DNA of 64,000 nt from the human T2T-CHM13v2.0 reference genome, Homo sapiens (GCF_009914755.1 NC_060931.1), one strand, 5' to 3'. Shown: positions 12,679-26,351, numbered from the stretch's first letter. Translations and numbers: made by a program. The notes: generated by a model from the sequence alone, not told the origin.

Positions 12679-15008
12679 AATTATTTTAGGTTGTCAGGGC
12701 TCCTGCTTCTGCTTGAGCTGAGGTGCTGAGGTATAGAAAGGGCTATCTGGTGGGTTAGGTGAAATCTTCTCATATCTAGCTACAATTTACAGTTGGCTCT
12801 GGGCTAAAAACCTCCTGAAAGGGAATGCAAAATACTTTCCTACTTGAAGGTTCAGAGATATGCAGCCATGCCCAGCTAATGGGGAGAGAGGGAGCACCTC
12901 AGATGACAAGAAAGGGACAATAAGATCCCTGAATGTGAAAACATTCTGGAGAATACAGAGTCAGGCACAACGAGTGCCTTAAGGTCAAAGGGAAATGTAA
13001 GTTCTGGGTCACAGAAGAACATTCCCACCTAACCAGTCTAGCCACTTGTCAGCATCTAGGGAGGAAAACGCTGTGTGGTGGGCTAAAGAAGCTGAAACTC
13101 TTGGGAGTTCAAGAGAGTCTGCTGCAAGCTCCTGGAATAGCACAGCACAGAGGAGAGAGGCCATTCCCTTGCTTCCTGGCAGAAGAACTTGGAGAGCAGG
13201 TATCCCCGGGAAGAGCAGCAGTGCTGAATAACCCACAGCCCAGGGACAGAACTGAGGCCCTGAGAGGTGGAGCAGAAGAGCAAAGCAACTGCTCAGGGTC
13301 AAGAGCAATAATGAAGAGGACTCACAATGTGGCTTTGAAGTGACTGTGGCTGTGGAGCATCTGCTGCCCAGCCGGAGCCCCTCAAGAGGCAGTCATTGGC
13401 AAAGAAGAGGTCTGGGTGAAGTGACCTGGGGCAGCCCAGGGCAGCTGCAGCGAGCCTAGAAAGCAGGATCCAGAGAGCGTCACCATAGAGGCACAGGCGG
13501 TGGCCTGGGTGGATCCTGGAACACTGAGACACCTCCTTGGGTCTCTCAGAAAAACTAGAGGGACAAAGACACCCTGGGAAGAAACTGACTGCAGTCCTGC
13601 AGCTAAACAGATGAGACCTAATGTGCTTAAAATACTGAACTGATGAGTTCAGGGGGTATTCAAGCTATATTAGTAAAGAGAATGTTACTGTTCAAAATGA
13701 ATTTCAAGTTTCAAGAATTTTAGAAATCAGGAAAAACTGCTAAAAATAATGTTGAAGTTTTTAAAAATCAACCTAACATACACAAAGTTTCTAATATAGG
13801 AAGCATATTTATTTTAAAATATTGCCAGTTAGACTTCCATGTTTCTAAACAAATCACCTGCACTCTTTATAGGTCCACAGATGAATTCCCCCCACTACCT
13901 CCCAGGAAACAATTCTGCTTCCATTTGAAATCCCAAGGTACCAATTGCTCCCACTTCAGGTGCTCAGCCTGCATGAAGAATGGGTTCCCAGTGGCTCTGT
14001 AAGAGGCCTGTGGTCTTGGGAAGGTGAAGAGCCAGAAATGGCCATTTGGAGACTAAATTTTCAGCATGTGTCCCCATTAGGGATATACTGTGGAACTAAA
14101 ACAGTCCACATCAGTGTGCTTCTCCCAGTCCCAAATCGAATGGACGTGCCACTTTCAGGCTACCCAAGCCCGATTAATGCACAGTGACAGCTGAATTTAA
14201 CTGCTTTTCACTGCAGCTCAGCACCAAGGCCTGAGTAGAAATAATCCTTTTATCTCCCAATAAAGGAGAATTACCAGCATTTCGTAGCTCAGCTCTCTCT
14301 GAAGGGCCATCTTTAGAAGCTAGAGGCTTTGCATTTCCTGGAATGGTCAGATTAAAGATGCTTTTCACTGATCTCTGGGCAGGTAGATGATTATACTGTC
14401 ACCCAGTTGCCCTGTGGGAAGCACTGCGGGTTTCCATTTTAAAGGGATTTCAGAGCACAAATGTCATTCTCGAAAACTTTTCTGAAAGACCAACTTAGTC
14501 TTCAGAGCCATACTGTTTAGGGGCCAGCTGTTGCCTAGGAACAGCCAGTGGGGACACTTTGAAAGAATATAATTTGGTCTGCTGTCTTCTTTACTTGCCC
14601 CCCATGGGTATAATCTCACCCAGATCATTTTCTGCTGTACATAATTCTTACACAGATAACAACCTTGTATAATAGACAATCAAACGTAATAATACCTTCT
14701 GTTCACTTTCATAAAGATGGCTCACCTTCCACCTGAAATACTGTTAAAACTGCATTCATCTCAACTGATAAGATATCCAACATCCAAGCTTGGGGCTTGG
14801 TTCCTTGAATATATTATTTTATGTTAATCTTCAAAGTAACTCTGTGAGTTAGGTGTTCTACACCTCAATTTTTAAATGGGAGAACTGAAGCCGGGAACTT
14901 TAGACGATTTGCCTAAGTTTACAAAGTTTTAGTAATTGGTAGAGACGGAGGATGCATTCCAGTCTGATCTTAAAGCCTGTGTCCTTCCCAAGATCCCATC
15001 CTAGAAAT

Positions 15009-15227
15009 CAAGGTTTCTCACCTTTGACACCTTTGGCATTTTGGACTGGATAATTCTTTGTTGTGGAGGCTGCCCTGTGCATTGAAGGATGTTTAGCAAC
15101 ATTCCTGGTCTCTACCCACTAGACGCCAGTAGCACACATGCACACACAATTGTGACAATTAAAAATGTGTCCAGGCTTTGCCAAAAGTTCCCTGTAAAGC
15201 AAGATCACCCCCAATGGAGAATCACTG
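15009..15227 (+). mobile_element. MER20 hAT-Charlie MITE
   Basis: ggataattctttgttgtggaggctgccctgtgcattgaaggatgtttagcaacattcctggtctctacccactagacgccagtagc...gagaatcactg. Confidence 0.85.
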
Positions 15228-15831
15228 CTCTAAATGTTCTGAAGCATTTGCTTTCTTACAAGGCGGAGGTTCGTGGTCCCATGAAACGCACAGAATAATT
15301 TGAAGACCCTAATAGTAGTTAGGAGTGGCCTTACAGGGTATGCTTTAAGAACTATGAATTAATTATAATTAGCAGTTTTCCTTTGTACTTAAAGAGCCCC
15401 TATTCCTGTTACTCTTGAAAATCATTTGTCCTCTGCAATGAGTAAATGTTCACACTACAAAAACACTCAGAAACTTCAATGGCCTGCGGCCGCCTCAGGA
15501 GTTCAGCCCAAGCTCCTCAGAAAGACATTCAAGGCCTCCCCAGTTTGCCTTCAGTTCTCTCCTCCACTCTCCACGCATTTGTAGGCTACAGCCAAGCAAT
15601 ATGACTCACTGTGGTTAAAACGCATCCTACATTTTCTTGTTCCATGTCTTGGCTGAGGATGTTCACTCTCTGCCTCCCACCTCTCCTATTCCCACGCTGC
15701 ACCCCGCCTTTGTCTTGGAATCCTTCTTATGTCATTTGAGTTCACTTGATGCTCTCTGCATCTCCCACACAGCCTCCCCAGCACAGTGGTGGAAGGATGG
15801 GTCTCTCCTCTGTCCACAGTTGGTTTCTATC

Positions 15832-16206
15832 TGTCTTAGTCCATTTTCTGCTGCTATAACAGAATACCACAGACTGGGAAATTTATTTTTAAAAAAAGAG
15901 ATTTATTTGGCTTATGGTTCTAGAGGCTGGGAAATCCAAGAGCAGGGCACTTGCAACTGGCAAAGGTCATCCCATGGCAGAAAACAGAGGGCGAAAGCGA
16001 GCACACAAGACAGAGAGAACGTCAAGCCAAACTCGTCCATTCCATCAGAAGCCCACTTCCACAATAACACAATAATAGCAATAATCCATTCATAAGGGCC
16101 AAGCCCTGGTGGCCTAATCACCTCTCAAAGGCTCCACCTCCCAATACTGTTACAATGACAATTAAATTTACACATGAGTTTTCGCAGGGACATTCAAACC
16201 ATAGCA
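15832..16206 (-). mobile_element. MSTD/MLT1A-like MaLR solo LTR
   Basis: Starts tgtcttagtccattttctgctgctataacagaatacc; ends gggacattcaaaccatagca. Confidence 0.8.
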
Positions 16207-17568
16207 GCATCTCGCTCATCTCAACCAGTTTTATGGAGAGTGTGTGATCTTTCATGCTGGATTGAAAATTCTTAGAGAACAAGTACTATATTTCAGCCCT
16301 TCTAGTCAGCCCTTATCTCTTAGCAGATGTGCTATACTTGTGGGGTTGGACTAGATCAGATTGGAGGTGGGATTGAATGAATATTGCAAAGGTAAACATC
16401 TGACTGGTTTCCATGGGCATTAAAATAAATTTCAAACGTGAGAGCTGGGCAGTGCAGTGAAGACAATGGAGCACAGCAGTTTGCCTTTCTAGTGCACAGC
16501 TGCCCTACTCCATGTGACTTCGACGCACTGAGTGGGCCTCTGACCAGGGCCACCACTAGGGTTGTGCCCATTGAGCCCCACTGGGTGGCTCCTGGCTGAG
16601 AGTTGTGTGGGGCTGGCATTCTCTTCATATTTCCCTCACTGAATGTGTGCTCTAGGCAGGCCTGTGCTTATCAGAGCAAGGGCCCCTTTTCCAAAACTTC
16701 ACAAAGGTGGCATATGGGCTGGTGGAAGCCCTGACAGTAGAAACTCTTCCATGAGGAAAGGGACACCACATCTGACATTTTTATCCCCAAATTTATAGGT
16801 AATCACTACTTTAACTAAGACCTATTGCACTGGATCCTGCCTAGCCTAATCTTATCTCTTTGTTTTACCACTGCTCGACTAATGAGACGTGGTTATTGAT
16901 TCATTCAACATATTTGTGTTAGTCATTGAATATGTGTTTAGGCTACAGGAGTGCGAAAAACAAAGCCCCTGTCCTCATCAATCTAGTAGATTCTTATATT
17001 TACCCCTCAGTGTTCACCATCAGACAACAGTCTACATGAAAAAAATGTATATCCAAGCTCCTATTTTGGAGAGTTCTGATACCCCTGGCTTGAGCTTTTC
17101 TTGAGAGCGTTTTTTTGTTTTTGTTTTTTTGTTTTTTTTTTGATGAATGTATTTGTCTGGGGCAACCATTTTAGAAAGTAACTTTGCCTAGGTTGCTAAA
17201 GTGGCCACATGGGTGTCTCAGCATAGCCAGGGCTTAGAGAGTAGCACTCCTCAGGGAAGCCCTCAGCTCCTGCATGGTCACATAGTCTAATTTCAGCTGC
17301 AGCTGTTCAGGCCATCTGACCAAGTCTCTTGAGAGAGTCTGAGCATTCCATACCATTTTCATATAATATTAAGGTGTAAACTGAGCATTCTCCAGAAACC
17401 AGCCCAGAACCAACTTTAATCTAAAAATTTCCAAGGAAGGCCATCTGGGCATAAATGCACAGGATATAAGTGAAAACTGGAGTCTAACCTTTAATGTTCC
17501 TATTGGCTGAAACAGAAACTGTCACATCTTGAACACTTCATCTTACTATTCCCCTCTTGTATCTACAG

Positions 17569-17655
17569 ATGGGAAACTGTGCAGCAGCTATAACCGAGGA
17601 CTCATCTCAAAGGCAAAAATCAAGGCTATCAAGTATAGCATCATCATCATTCTTG
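17569..17655 (+). CDS. NPSR1: NPSR1 coding exon 7 (87 nt; ICL3 to start of TM6)
   Basis: cccctcttgtatctacag acceptor; TTG|GTAAGC donor. Translates (D)GKLCSSYNRGLISKAKIKAIKYSIIIIL; the ISKAKIKAIK motif resembles vasopressin/oxytocin-type receptors. Confidence 0.98.
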
Positions 17656-20042
17656 GTAAGCAATGTCCCTCCTTGAGCTGTAAAGTGGTATGAACGTCCC
17701 AAAAGCAAGTTTGCTCCTGGGACCTGGTGACAGAAAGGAATTTGCCAGCAGGCACTTCTACATCGGTCTGCTTAGAAAGGAATGTGTGAAACTCATCAGC
17801 CCATTCATGGTTCCTTCAAGGGCTGACATTTGGTTCCTAATCCCTCTCCTTATGAATACAGCTGCCTGCCAAGGCTATGGGTTGAATAATTTGGAGAAAA
17901 TCTGATTAGGACCTAACTAGCTGAAGTGGATGCTCACATCACCAGCTAACTCAGTCACTTCCTTTAAGACACACTGTTCCCCAGGGCTGGGGTTCACAAG
18001 GAAAAAGAAGATAGAAGTGACTTTCCACCTTATCTGAATATTTGATGTTAGGTTCACTACAAATTTCCCCCTTATGGCACCTTACCTGTCCTTCCACCCT
18101 CCTGTCTTCTGCCCTTTCCTTTTCCTTTCTCTCTACTCTTAAGACTCATAAAGTCACCTTGTACTATTTCCTGTCTGAAATGCTCTGCTCTCCGGTGGTG
18201 CCCCGGCTTACTTCCTAATCTCATTTGTTCCCCAACAACGCCACCTCCCTGAGGGCTCCTTGATAAGTCTTTTTAAATATCCTTTTTCTAGTCTTTACTC
18301 TGCCTTATTTTTCTTCTTGGTTCTACCTCACACTACAGGATATAGATTGATTTTCTTATAGTCTGTCTCCCCTGTTGGAGTAATAAATCTATGAGGGCAA
18401 TGACTTTGGCTTTTGTGTTACTTATATTATCACCAAGACCTAAAATAGGGTCTCCTACACACTGCTCAATTAACATTTGTCGAATGAATGAATGAATGAA
18501 TGAATGAAACTATGCAAGAAGGAAAGGGATTTGTGCTATTTTCTTTTTTATTTAGCTTAAATACCCCCTCCTTGCCCCTCTGGCAGCTCTTGAAGCTCCA
18601 AGGAAGTATAGATCTCCCATTAGCTGCATGTCAAAGCACCAGAACAGTCTTCTCACCTTTCTGAAACGCAACTGCAAAATGCCAAACAGACCACATGCAG
18701 CATGACTCAGCCAGCAGGACGTAGGCACAAAACAACACTGCAGGCGGAACTGGGATAAAACATATACAACCCACCAGGGCTCAAAAACTTTCTGAGAGGC
18801 TTCTGAAGTGGATCAAAGACTCCTCTGTCTTCTCAGATAGTCAGAAGCACAGATGCACCTTCCCTGGATGTTGAGTTGGAAAATGTATGTTTACAAGTGT
18901 GTCCCAGAGCCTGCATAGCCCTTTATCATCAGCAACCATACTCCAAGGCCCTGTGGGATCCCTTCAGTCAGCAAGCAGGAACACCCTCTAGAGGGTCAGC
19001 AAATATTGACAGCCCTACCAGACCAAAAGGGCCCTTTCTATAGCAAACACTTTGTAATGTCCCTTTCCCACCTTGAAATAAAATGCCTACTTATACTACC
19101 TACCATGATCATTTAAACATTAATATATTGCCCAAAAAATAATATAAAAGAGGAATAAGAAAATAATCTAAAATGAAACAATACTATTTTTATTAATTAA
19201 AATGTATACCAATTTTAATGTGTAAAAACATAAGCACAGCTACACTAGAAGAATAATGAAGTAGTCACACCTACACCGTGACATAATAACAGCCACAATG
19301 AAAACCAATACAGGTGTATTTTCATGGAGACATAAAAAAATGTAAGCGGTATTACTGTCAGTGACTTGATTTTCTCAGCCGGCAAAAAGAAAAAATCCTT
19401 GTAAAATTTTGAATTAAACAAAGTAATCTTTCCTCCATTTACAACAGAATTGCATTTCTACAAATTTCAATATTTATTTAAAATACCTGTGTTTATGTGT
19501 AAAACAAAGTCAGGGATAACTATATAGAGGGTTCTCCTCTACATGAATGGACATTCAAAGTAGATACAAATCTTTGCTGGCTGGGCTGCGTGTACCATGC
19601 CAGAGGACTGGTATCCCTGTGAAAACTTGAATCCTCCAACCCAACTTACACACACATGGAAACACCCAAGCACACAAGGCCATTTGCCCCCTTAGTGCCC
19701 CAAATACTGTTCAGCGCCAGTGTTTGGGTTAATTAATCAGGATCCAGAACACTTAGTGGGTTTTGTGTTTGAATTGCTCCTCTTTAATACATTGCCAAGG
19801 TCTGGGGTCGAGAGGGGAAACATGAGTCAGTTTATCATTCCAAAATTCCCAACAAGTTACAGAATCCACATTACACAGTTATGACGGAAAGCTTGTCCCT
19901 GCATGCAGACAGCCAAGGAAGCCAAACTTCTACTCCGAGAAAAAATTCTATGGATGAGAAAGTGGGAGAAGGAGAGTGGAGAATTTATGGTGAGAAAATG
20001 AGAGATGCGTGTATTTCCAGTCAACTTAGGAGTGTTTAGCTC

Positions 20043-20527
20043 TGTGTCGTAGTCTGTGCTTTCCAGAGGAAAATGAGAGAGAGAGAGAGAGAGGTTTATT
20101 AGAAGGAATTGGCTCAGGTGATTACTGAGGCTGAGAATTCCCAAGCTGCAGTTGGAAGCTGGAGACCCAGGAAAGCCAATGGTGTAGGTTCTAGTCCAAG
20201 TCTGAGTCCAAAGGCCTGAAAACCAGGAGAATGGATGGGGTACATTTCAGTTTGATTCCAAGTGTGAAGGCAGGAGAAGACCAACGTCCTAGCTCGAAGA
20301 CAGGCAAGCAGAGTGAATCTTCTCTTACTTAACCTTTTTCTATGACTCAGGCCTTCAACAGATTGGATGCGGCCCACAAACAGGGGAGGGCAATCTGCTT
20401 TTCTTACTCTACCAGATCAAATGTTACTCTCCTCCAGAAACGTCTTCATACACAGCCAGAATAGCGTTTAACCGAATATCTGAGCACTCCGCAGCCCAGT
20501 CAAGTAGTCTCAAAATTAACCATCACA
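20043..20527 (-). mobile_element. MLT2-family (ERVL) solo LTR
   Basis: ggaattggctcaggtgattactgaggctgag...ggagacccaggaaagccaatgg...aaaattaaccatcaca, with internal (GA)n. Confidence 0.8.
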
Positions 20528-21155
20528 CCTGAATCCCCACCTTTCATCCATTTCTTTTGAGAATTTGGGGCCAAATAAACTGGTGTCTCACACATACTAA
20601 TGGATTTAGAGAAGGGCATAGTGTGGGTGTTTTCTGGAGAGGCCAACTTAGGGGTGAAAGAGAACACTGTCATTAAACTGGGGTGTGCTTAGAAAATATT
20701 GTGATCACCCCTTCTCCCTGACATAACCTAAAACCAGTAGTCACTACGTGGTCAAAATGCTTCCTGTTCTTCTGTCTTTTCCTAGAGAGTCTTCAAAGTA
20801 TTTTGCTGTTTTTTCCTGATCCCTGTGTTTGATGAGAGGCTATGGCCATAGTCACTTGTTCCTGGGGTTTCTATAAAGAATCCACAGCAGTAGAAATTTG
20901 ACCCTTCTTTACAGATAGAGAAGCTCTACAACCTTTGCTCAGTTTTAGGAACATGTCTGTAAGATGTGTCCATATATATGTGTGTATGTGTTTAAGTGAA
21001 TATGACATCAATGCTCCAAACAACATCAAACTCCAATATTTCTGAGAAATTCCAGGTCCCAAAGAACCTCTCAGGTAAAAGTCCAGTCAGGACCAACCAA
21101 AAGAGACCCCTCAACTGCTACCTGCTGTGATGCTAATGGCTCTCTTCTCCCCCAG

Positions 21156-21336
21156 CCTTCATCTGCTGTTGGAGTCCATACTTCCTGTTTGACATTTTGG
21201 ACAATTTCAACCTCCTTCCAGACACCCAGGAGCGTTTCTATGCCTCTGTGATCATTCAGAACCTGCCAGCATTGAATAGTGCCATCAACCCCCTCATCTA
21301 CTGTGTCTTCAGCAGCTCCATCTCTTTCCCCTGCAG
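21156..21336 (+). CDS. NPSR1: NPSR1 coding exon 8 (181 nt; TM6-ECL3-TM7)
   Basis: tctcttctcccccag acceptor; CAG|GTAAGG donor. Translates (A)FICCWSPYFLFDILDNFNLLPDTQERFYASVIIQNLPALNSAINPLIYCVFSSSISFPC, with CWxP and NPxxY motifs. Confidence 0.98.
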
Positions 21337-21929
21337 GTAAGGGGAGCTCTTGCATGGGTCAGACACACTGATGGCCATTGCACTGGGATTCTGCCAACAT
21401 GTGGGTTTCTCATGTCCAAACTCTCCAGCAGGTTACAGGATCCCCCTTTTATAGATGAGAGGCTTGAGAGTCAGAAAGATTCCACTAACATGGCTGATTC
21501 AAACCCTGGCCCAGGCCACAGCTGATGTGCTTTTTCCTATACCACAACACCTCCTATAGAAACCGCCTTAATCATGACACATCTAGAAGACCTTGCTTTT
21601 ATTCAAAGCATCTTCACATGAATTGCCTCAATACAATTCTATGACAATAATAGGACATGGAGCCTTATTACCATTTTACAGATAAACAAAGTAAATCTTA
21701 CATGGTTAATAGCATCATTGAGTTTATATGAATAATTAGCAGAGCTGAAATTAAATCCCTCCCACAGTTATTGTCATTCTTCTGTTTTTCTGCTGTTTTT
21801 CAGCTGTTTTCCTGCATAAGCCACAGAGGGTAGGTGGAGAATTCCATAGGAGATACAAGAGGAGAATGATTTAAGTCTTGGGCTTAATGCCAGTGGTTGA
21901 AGTTTATATCTTGCCATTGTTTATTCGTA

Positions 21930-22165
21930 GCGATGTGTGACCTTGGGCAAGTTATTTAACATCTGTAAACCTCAGCTTCTTCATCTGTAAAACAGGGCTA
22001 ATAGCAGTGTCTACCTGTTGGCCTGTGATGTCTCTGTCCTCTGGGCTCTGGTGCTGACCAGTGAGAAGGAGAGCTGTGAGTCATGGAGAAGGAAGGTCAG
22101 GGTATTACATGTAAAGTGCCTGGCACAGTTGTCTGACATTTAATACATTTTTCATAACTATTGTC
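21930..22165. mobile_element. MIR relic just upstream of the exon 9a acceptor
   Basis: tgtgaccttgggcaagttatttaac...ctcagcttcttcatctgtaaaacaggg...atgtaaagtgcctggcacag. Confidence 0.75.
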
Positions 22166-22237
22166 TCTTAACATGTCTACTTGCCTTTTCATTAGGTCAA
22201 ATTATTTCCCTCCCTGCTTTATTTTGACTTTCTCCAG

Positions 22238-22328
22238 GGAGCAAAGATCACAGGATTCCAGAATGACGTTCCGGGAGAGAACTGAGAGGCATGAGATGCA
22301 GATTCTGTCCAAGCCAGAATTCATCTAG
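22238..22328 (+). CDS. NPSR1: NPSR1 terminal exon 9a coding part (isoform A C-tail, 371-aa protein)
   Basis: tttgactttctccag acceptor; phase-2 join gives (R)EQRSQDSRMTFRERTERHEMQILSKPEFI then TAG at 22326-22328. Confidence 0.97.
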
Positions 22329-22714
22329 ACCCTAGGGCAGTGCCAGTGCTAGGCTGAGCACCATCAGCTCTCCCAGGTCCTTGTCACCTGCTTGGGCACG
22401 TGCATGGAACCCGAGCCAACTTCACCCCACCCTCGTCATTACCTGGGAGATGCACAAGACAAATGTTCTAATGACTGCATGCACTGCTTAAGTATTGGCC
22501 AACACGAACTCCCCAGTTATTCATGCCAGCCAGGAAGGAAACGCCTTCCTTCCCCACCATTCCCAGCCCTCCTTCCCACTGGCCAGCACCTGAACCCAGT
22601 GAACACAGGCATTAGTGGTCCAGGGTCCTGGCTTGGAGCCAGTGAGTAGACAGGCAAGCAGAGGGGACAAAGGTAGCTGGGTTATACATGAATATTCTCA
22701 TTACAATAGAAGAA

Positions 22715-22720
22715 AATAAA
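22715..22720 (+). terminator. NPSR1: Poly(A) signal of NPSR1 isoform A
   Basis: AATAAA about 390 nt after the 9a stop, followed by U/GU-rich sequence (ttttccccca gttttggattgg). Confidence 0.85.
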
Positions 22721-23067
22721 AGACTTAATTAAGCCCATATTTTTCCCCCAGTTTTGGATTGGAGGTTCAGTGCTTGTAGCCAAGAAAGTGTTTGTCCTTG
22801 AAATGCCAACAAATTCATTTCCAGGCATTGGTGCTTTGCACCTCTTCTGCAGATAGCCTCGGTTTGCAGATGGGTGTGCTGGCAGCAGCCAAGTGCATCT
22901 CCTATTCCATCAACAAATGATTTGTGGAAAGGGCATGCTGTTGGCCCTCCAAAACAAGGTGAAATGAAGGGATACTGGTTCTGATAGAAAACAAGTTGTG
23001 TTAAAAAGCCATGGGCCCCTGACTTCCAGCCTCTGAGAGCTGGTCCCTAGAACACACATGTCCTTGA

Positions 23068-23397
<330 letters not shown>

Positions 23398-24688
23398 TCA
23401 CTCTGTATTTAACACTTGGGCCACTCTGGGCTCCATTCCTCACACCTCAAGGACAAGTCTTCCCGTTTTTAAATCCCTGAACACTCTCTTTAGTTAGGAG
23501 CTAGGTTCCTGCGGCTTTTCCAGGCTTAATGTTTCTCTAAGATCTTTATCGTTTTTGCCTGTCACAGCCTTTGTCTAGCACCTCGGCCAGGAAGTGCTGG
23601 TGGGGCTTATTTTGACAGATCTGGAGTTTGGTACTTATGAGCATAATCCAAGTGAAATATGACTAAATGTTTTCTAGTCAATTTCTCCTATCAGATTTTT
23701 CCACAAGTGGAAGTGAAATAATTTCATTTGATCATATATACATCCCACCCACGGCTCCGGTATGCACGTGAACACCTTATTTTAGCTTCACGTATATTCT
23801 TGACATTAAAATCTCCTTGGCAAAATCCTCCTTCCCAGAATTATTCAGAGCTTAAATCTTTTTTTTTTTTTTTGGCATACTGCTAGTGGAGTCATTAAAT
23901 TGTTCAGTATATTTTAATAGCACTCCATTCCTCATTATGGTGTCAACTCAAAGTCTGCGTGTTTAAGGTCATGTGGGCTTTTTTTTTTTTTTTCATAAAC
24001 TCTTTTCAATTCGATCTGACCTTAGGGAAAGTATCTCTTTAGGAGGAAATCAGACTCCTCACTCACCATCTCTCGGAGAATTATTCTCTGAATTTGAGGA
24101 GCCTGAATAATCTAGTTTTATTTCTACACAACAGTTTTGAAGGCTGCCTCCCTCTCTGTCCAATCAGCTAAACTTGAGCAACCCTGGAAGCTTTGAGCAT
24201 TTGAGAAATGCTTTTCAACATTTCACTTTAAATCAAGATGTGCCACAGAAGACCCACGGAACTGTTGCTAAAATAGCTGGCTGCATAGGAGCCAATTAAC
24301 AGAGCAAAATCTGGCAGATGTCCTACATGGCAAAACAGGAGGACCAGGTTCTCTTGACAGATGCTTTAATTCTTTGTCAAGTCTGGTCTGCAAAATACAT
24401 TACATGCCTACCTCATCCATCAGTAGAGTCTCAAAGTGAAGGAGAGAGTGGAGTGAGGGGCGTTGTGATCTGTAGAAACTGTGAACATGATTTTTTAGTT
24501 GTGATGCTGTCTCTCTCATTTCCCGAGAAGACTGGAGATCAATAAGATAATGGTACAGGTTGCTGCAGGATAATCTACCATTTAAATGAAACTTGCTTTA
24601 TATTGGTAAGGATTCTGGAATTGTCATTTCCATGTATTTGCTGAGCTTGGAGAAACATGATTTAAGCATTATGAAAATACTGGTAATT

Positions 24689-25040
24689 GGCCGGGCACAG
24701 TGGCTCACACCTGTAATCCCAGCACTTTGGGAGGCTGAGGTGGGCGGATCGTGAGGCCAGGAGATCGAGACCATTCTGGCTAACACACGGTGAAACCCTG
24801 TCTCTACTAAAAATACAAAAAGATTAGCCAGGCATGGTGGCTGGCGCCTGTAGTCCCAGCTACTCAGGAGGCTGAGGCAAGAGAATGGCATGAACCTGGG
24901 AGGCGGAGCTTGCAGTGAGCCGAGATCACGTCACTGCACTGCGGCCTGGGCGAGAGAGCGAGAATCCGTCTCAAGGAAAGAGAGAAAGAGAGAAAGAGAG
25001 AGAGAGAGGAAGGGAGGAAGGGAGGAAGGAAGGAAAGAAG
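24689..25040 (+). mobile_element. AluY, sense, with tail converted to a GA-rich repeat
   Basis: gagatcgagaccattctggctaac and gagaatggcatgaacctgggaggcggagcttgcag; TSD actggtaatt at 24679-24688 and 25042-25051. Confidence 0.93.
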
Positions 25041-26351
25041 AACTGGTAATTAATAGTCTTGTGACCTTGAACAAATCATTTCACACCTCTGGGCATTGAT
25101 GGTCTCATCTGCAAGATGGGGACAAAATCAGGCTGGAGCAGAGGATCTTGGTGGTTCCTCCCAGACACAGGGAGGAATCTCTGAGATTGTGTCCAGAGAC
25201 TGAGAGCTTCTGGAATTCTTTCCCCAGGGGACCAATGACTCAGTGACTTAATGCTGAGTCATTTGCCCTTTAGAGGTGTGACTTCCCTATCTATCACTAT
25301 GAATGCAGAGAAATATCATTTCCCAACTGAGAAATGCAGTTTGAGCTCTTGGAGAAAATTAGAAGCTTAGTGCTGTGACGTTACTGTTTGTAGCCTTTGA
25401 TGCCCATGTGGAATCAGAGAAGCCAGCAGGACGATACCTAAAATAAAGGTGCTTACTTCCTGCACCAAGATGTCAAAAAGTCTACGGTTACATTATTGCA
25501 TGGCATCAGGGACAGGAGAAAATTTAGGAGAGCCAGAGTAGGTGTGCTTACTATATTCAGCCATACTATAGAAAATAAGTGACTCTACTTTACTGAACTA
25601 AATTAAATATGAATGGTAAAAACTTCTCTACTTGCAGGGTGCATGTGGAACATAATTTAGTTGAAGTTTACTTTCACTAAGCAACATCTCCCACCTTTTC
25701 CCCCAGAAAATGATAACACCTTTTTAATGACTTTCATTTGTGGATAATCATGAGAAAAAAGTGGCCCTTTTAAATCAGCCCAACACGCAGCTTAAACTTC
25801 CTAGCTTCATTTGGAAAATTCTGTATACTCATATACAGAAATGACCTTGCCTCTTCCAACTGCATTCACAGTGTCAATCAGAAAAGGCCACAAGCCTGAG
25901 TCTGAGAGAAAAAAGGAAAACAAAAATATCTTTAGCAGGAAATAAAGTGATTCTGCTCTTCTAGAATTATCTTAGGTGAGCTACAGACCTGCTGGCAACT
26001 CCAATTTTCTCGTCATCATTTGAATGTACCTCATCTTATATGCAGATCGACTAGTGTCCCCTGAAGCTTTCCAATTGCATTTAATTGAAGGGAGAAGGCC
26101 GTAACTGTTTAGGTGCCAATCTCTGTGTTTTTGGAAACATGAAAAACCCATGCCTCATTTCTCTGCAATTGCATTTTAAGAATACATTATCCGCAACAGG
26201 CTGGTTCAGTTAACATTTTAAAAGTGCAATTCCAGGCTTACAGAATGTTAAAGTGGATGGAGTCTTATATCAGCTGGTCTCATGGTTTTCAGATTGCTCG
26301 GAGACTCCAAAGCTGTTCCAAGGAGGTGACTCAATATTAATATTTTTACAC

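Noticed and set aside
15486-15493. NotI site GCGGCCGC as a CpG island or cloning scar
   Set aside because: Isolated; surrounding DNA is CpG-poor and no vector sequence is visible.
21071-21355. 94-aa minus-strand ORF
   Set aside because: Antisense shadow of exon 8.
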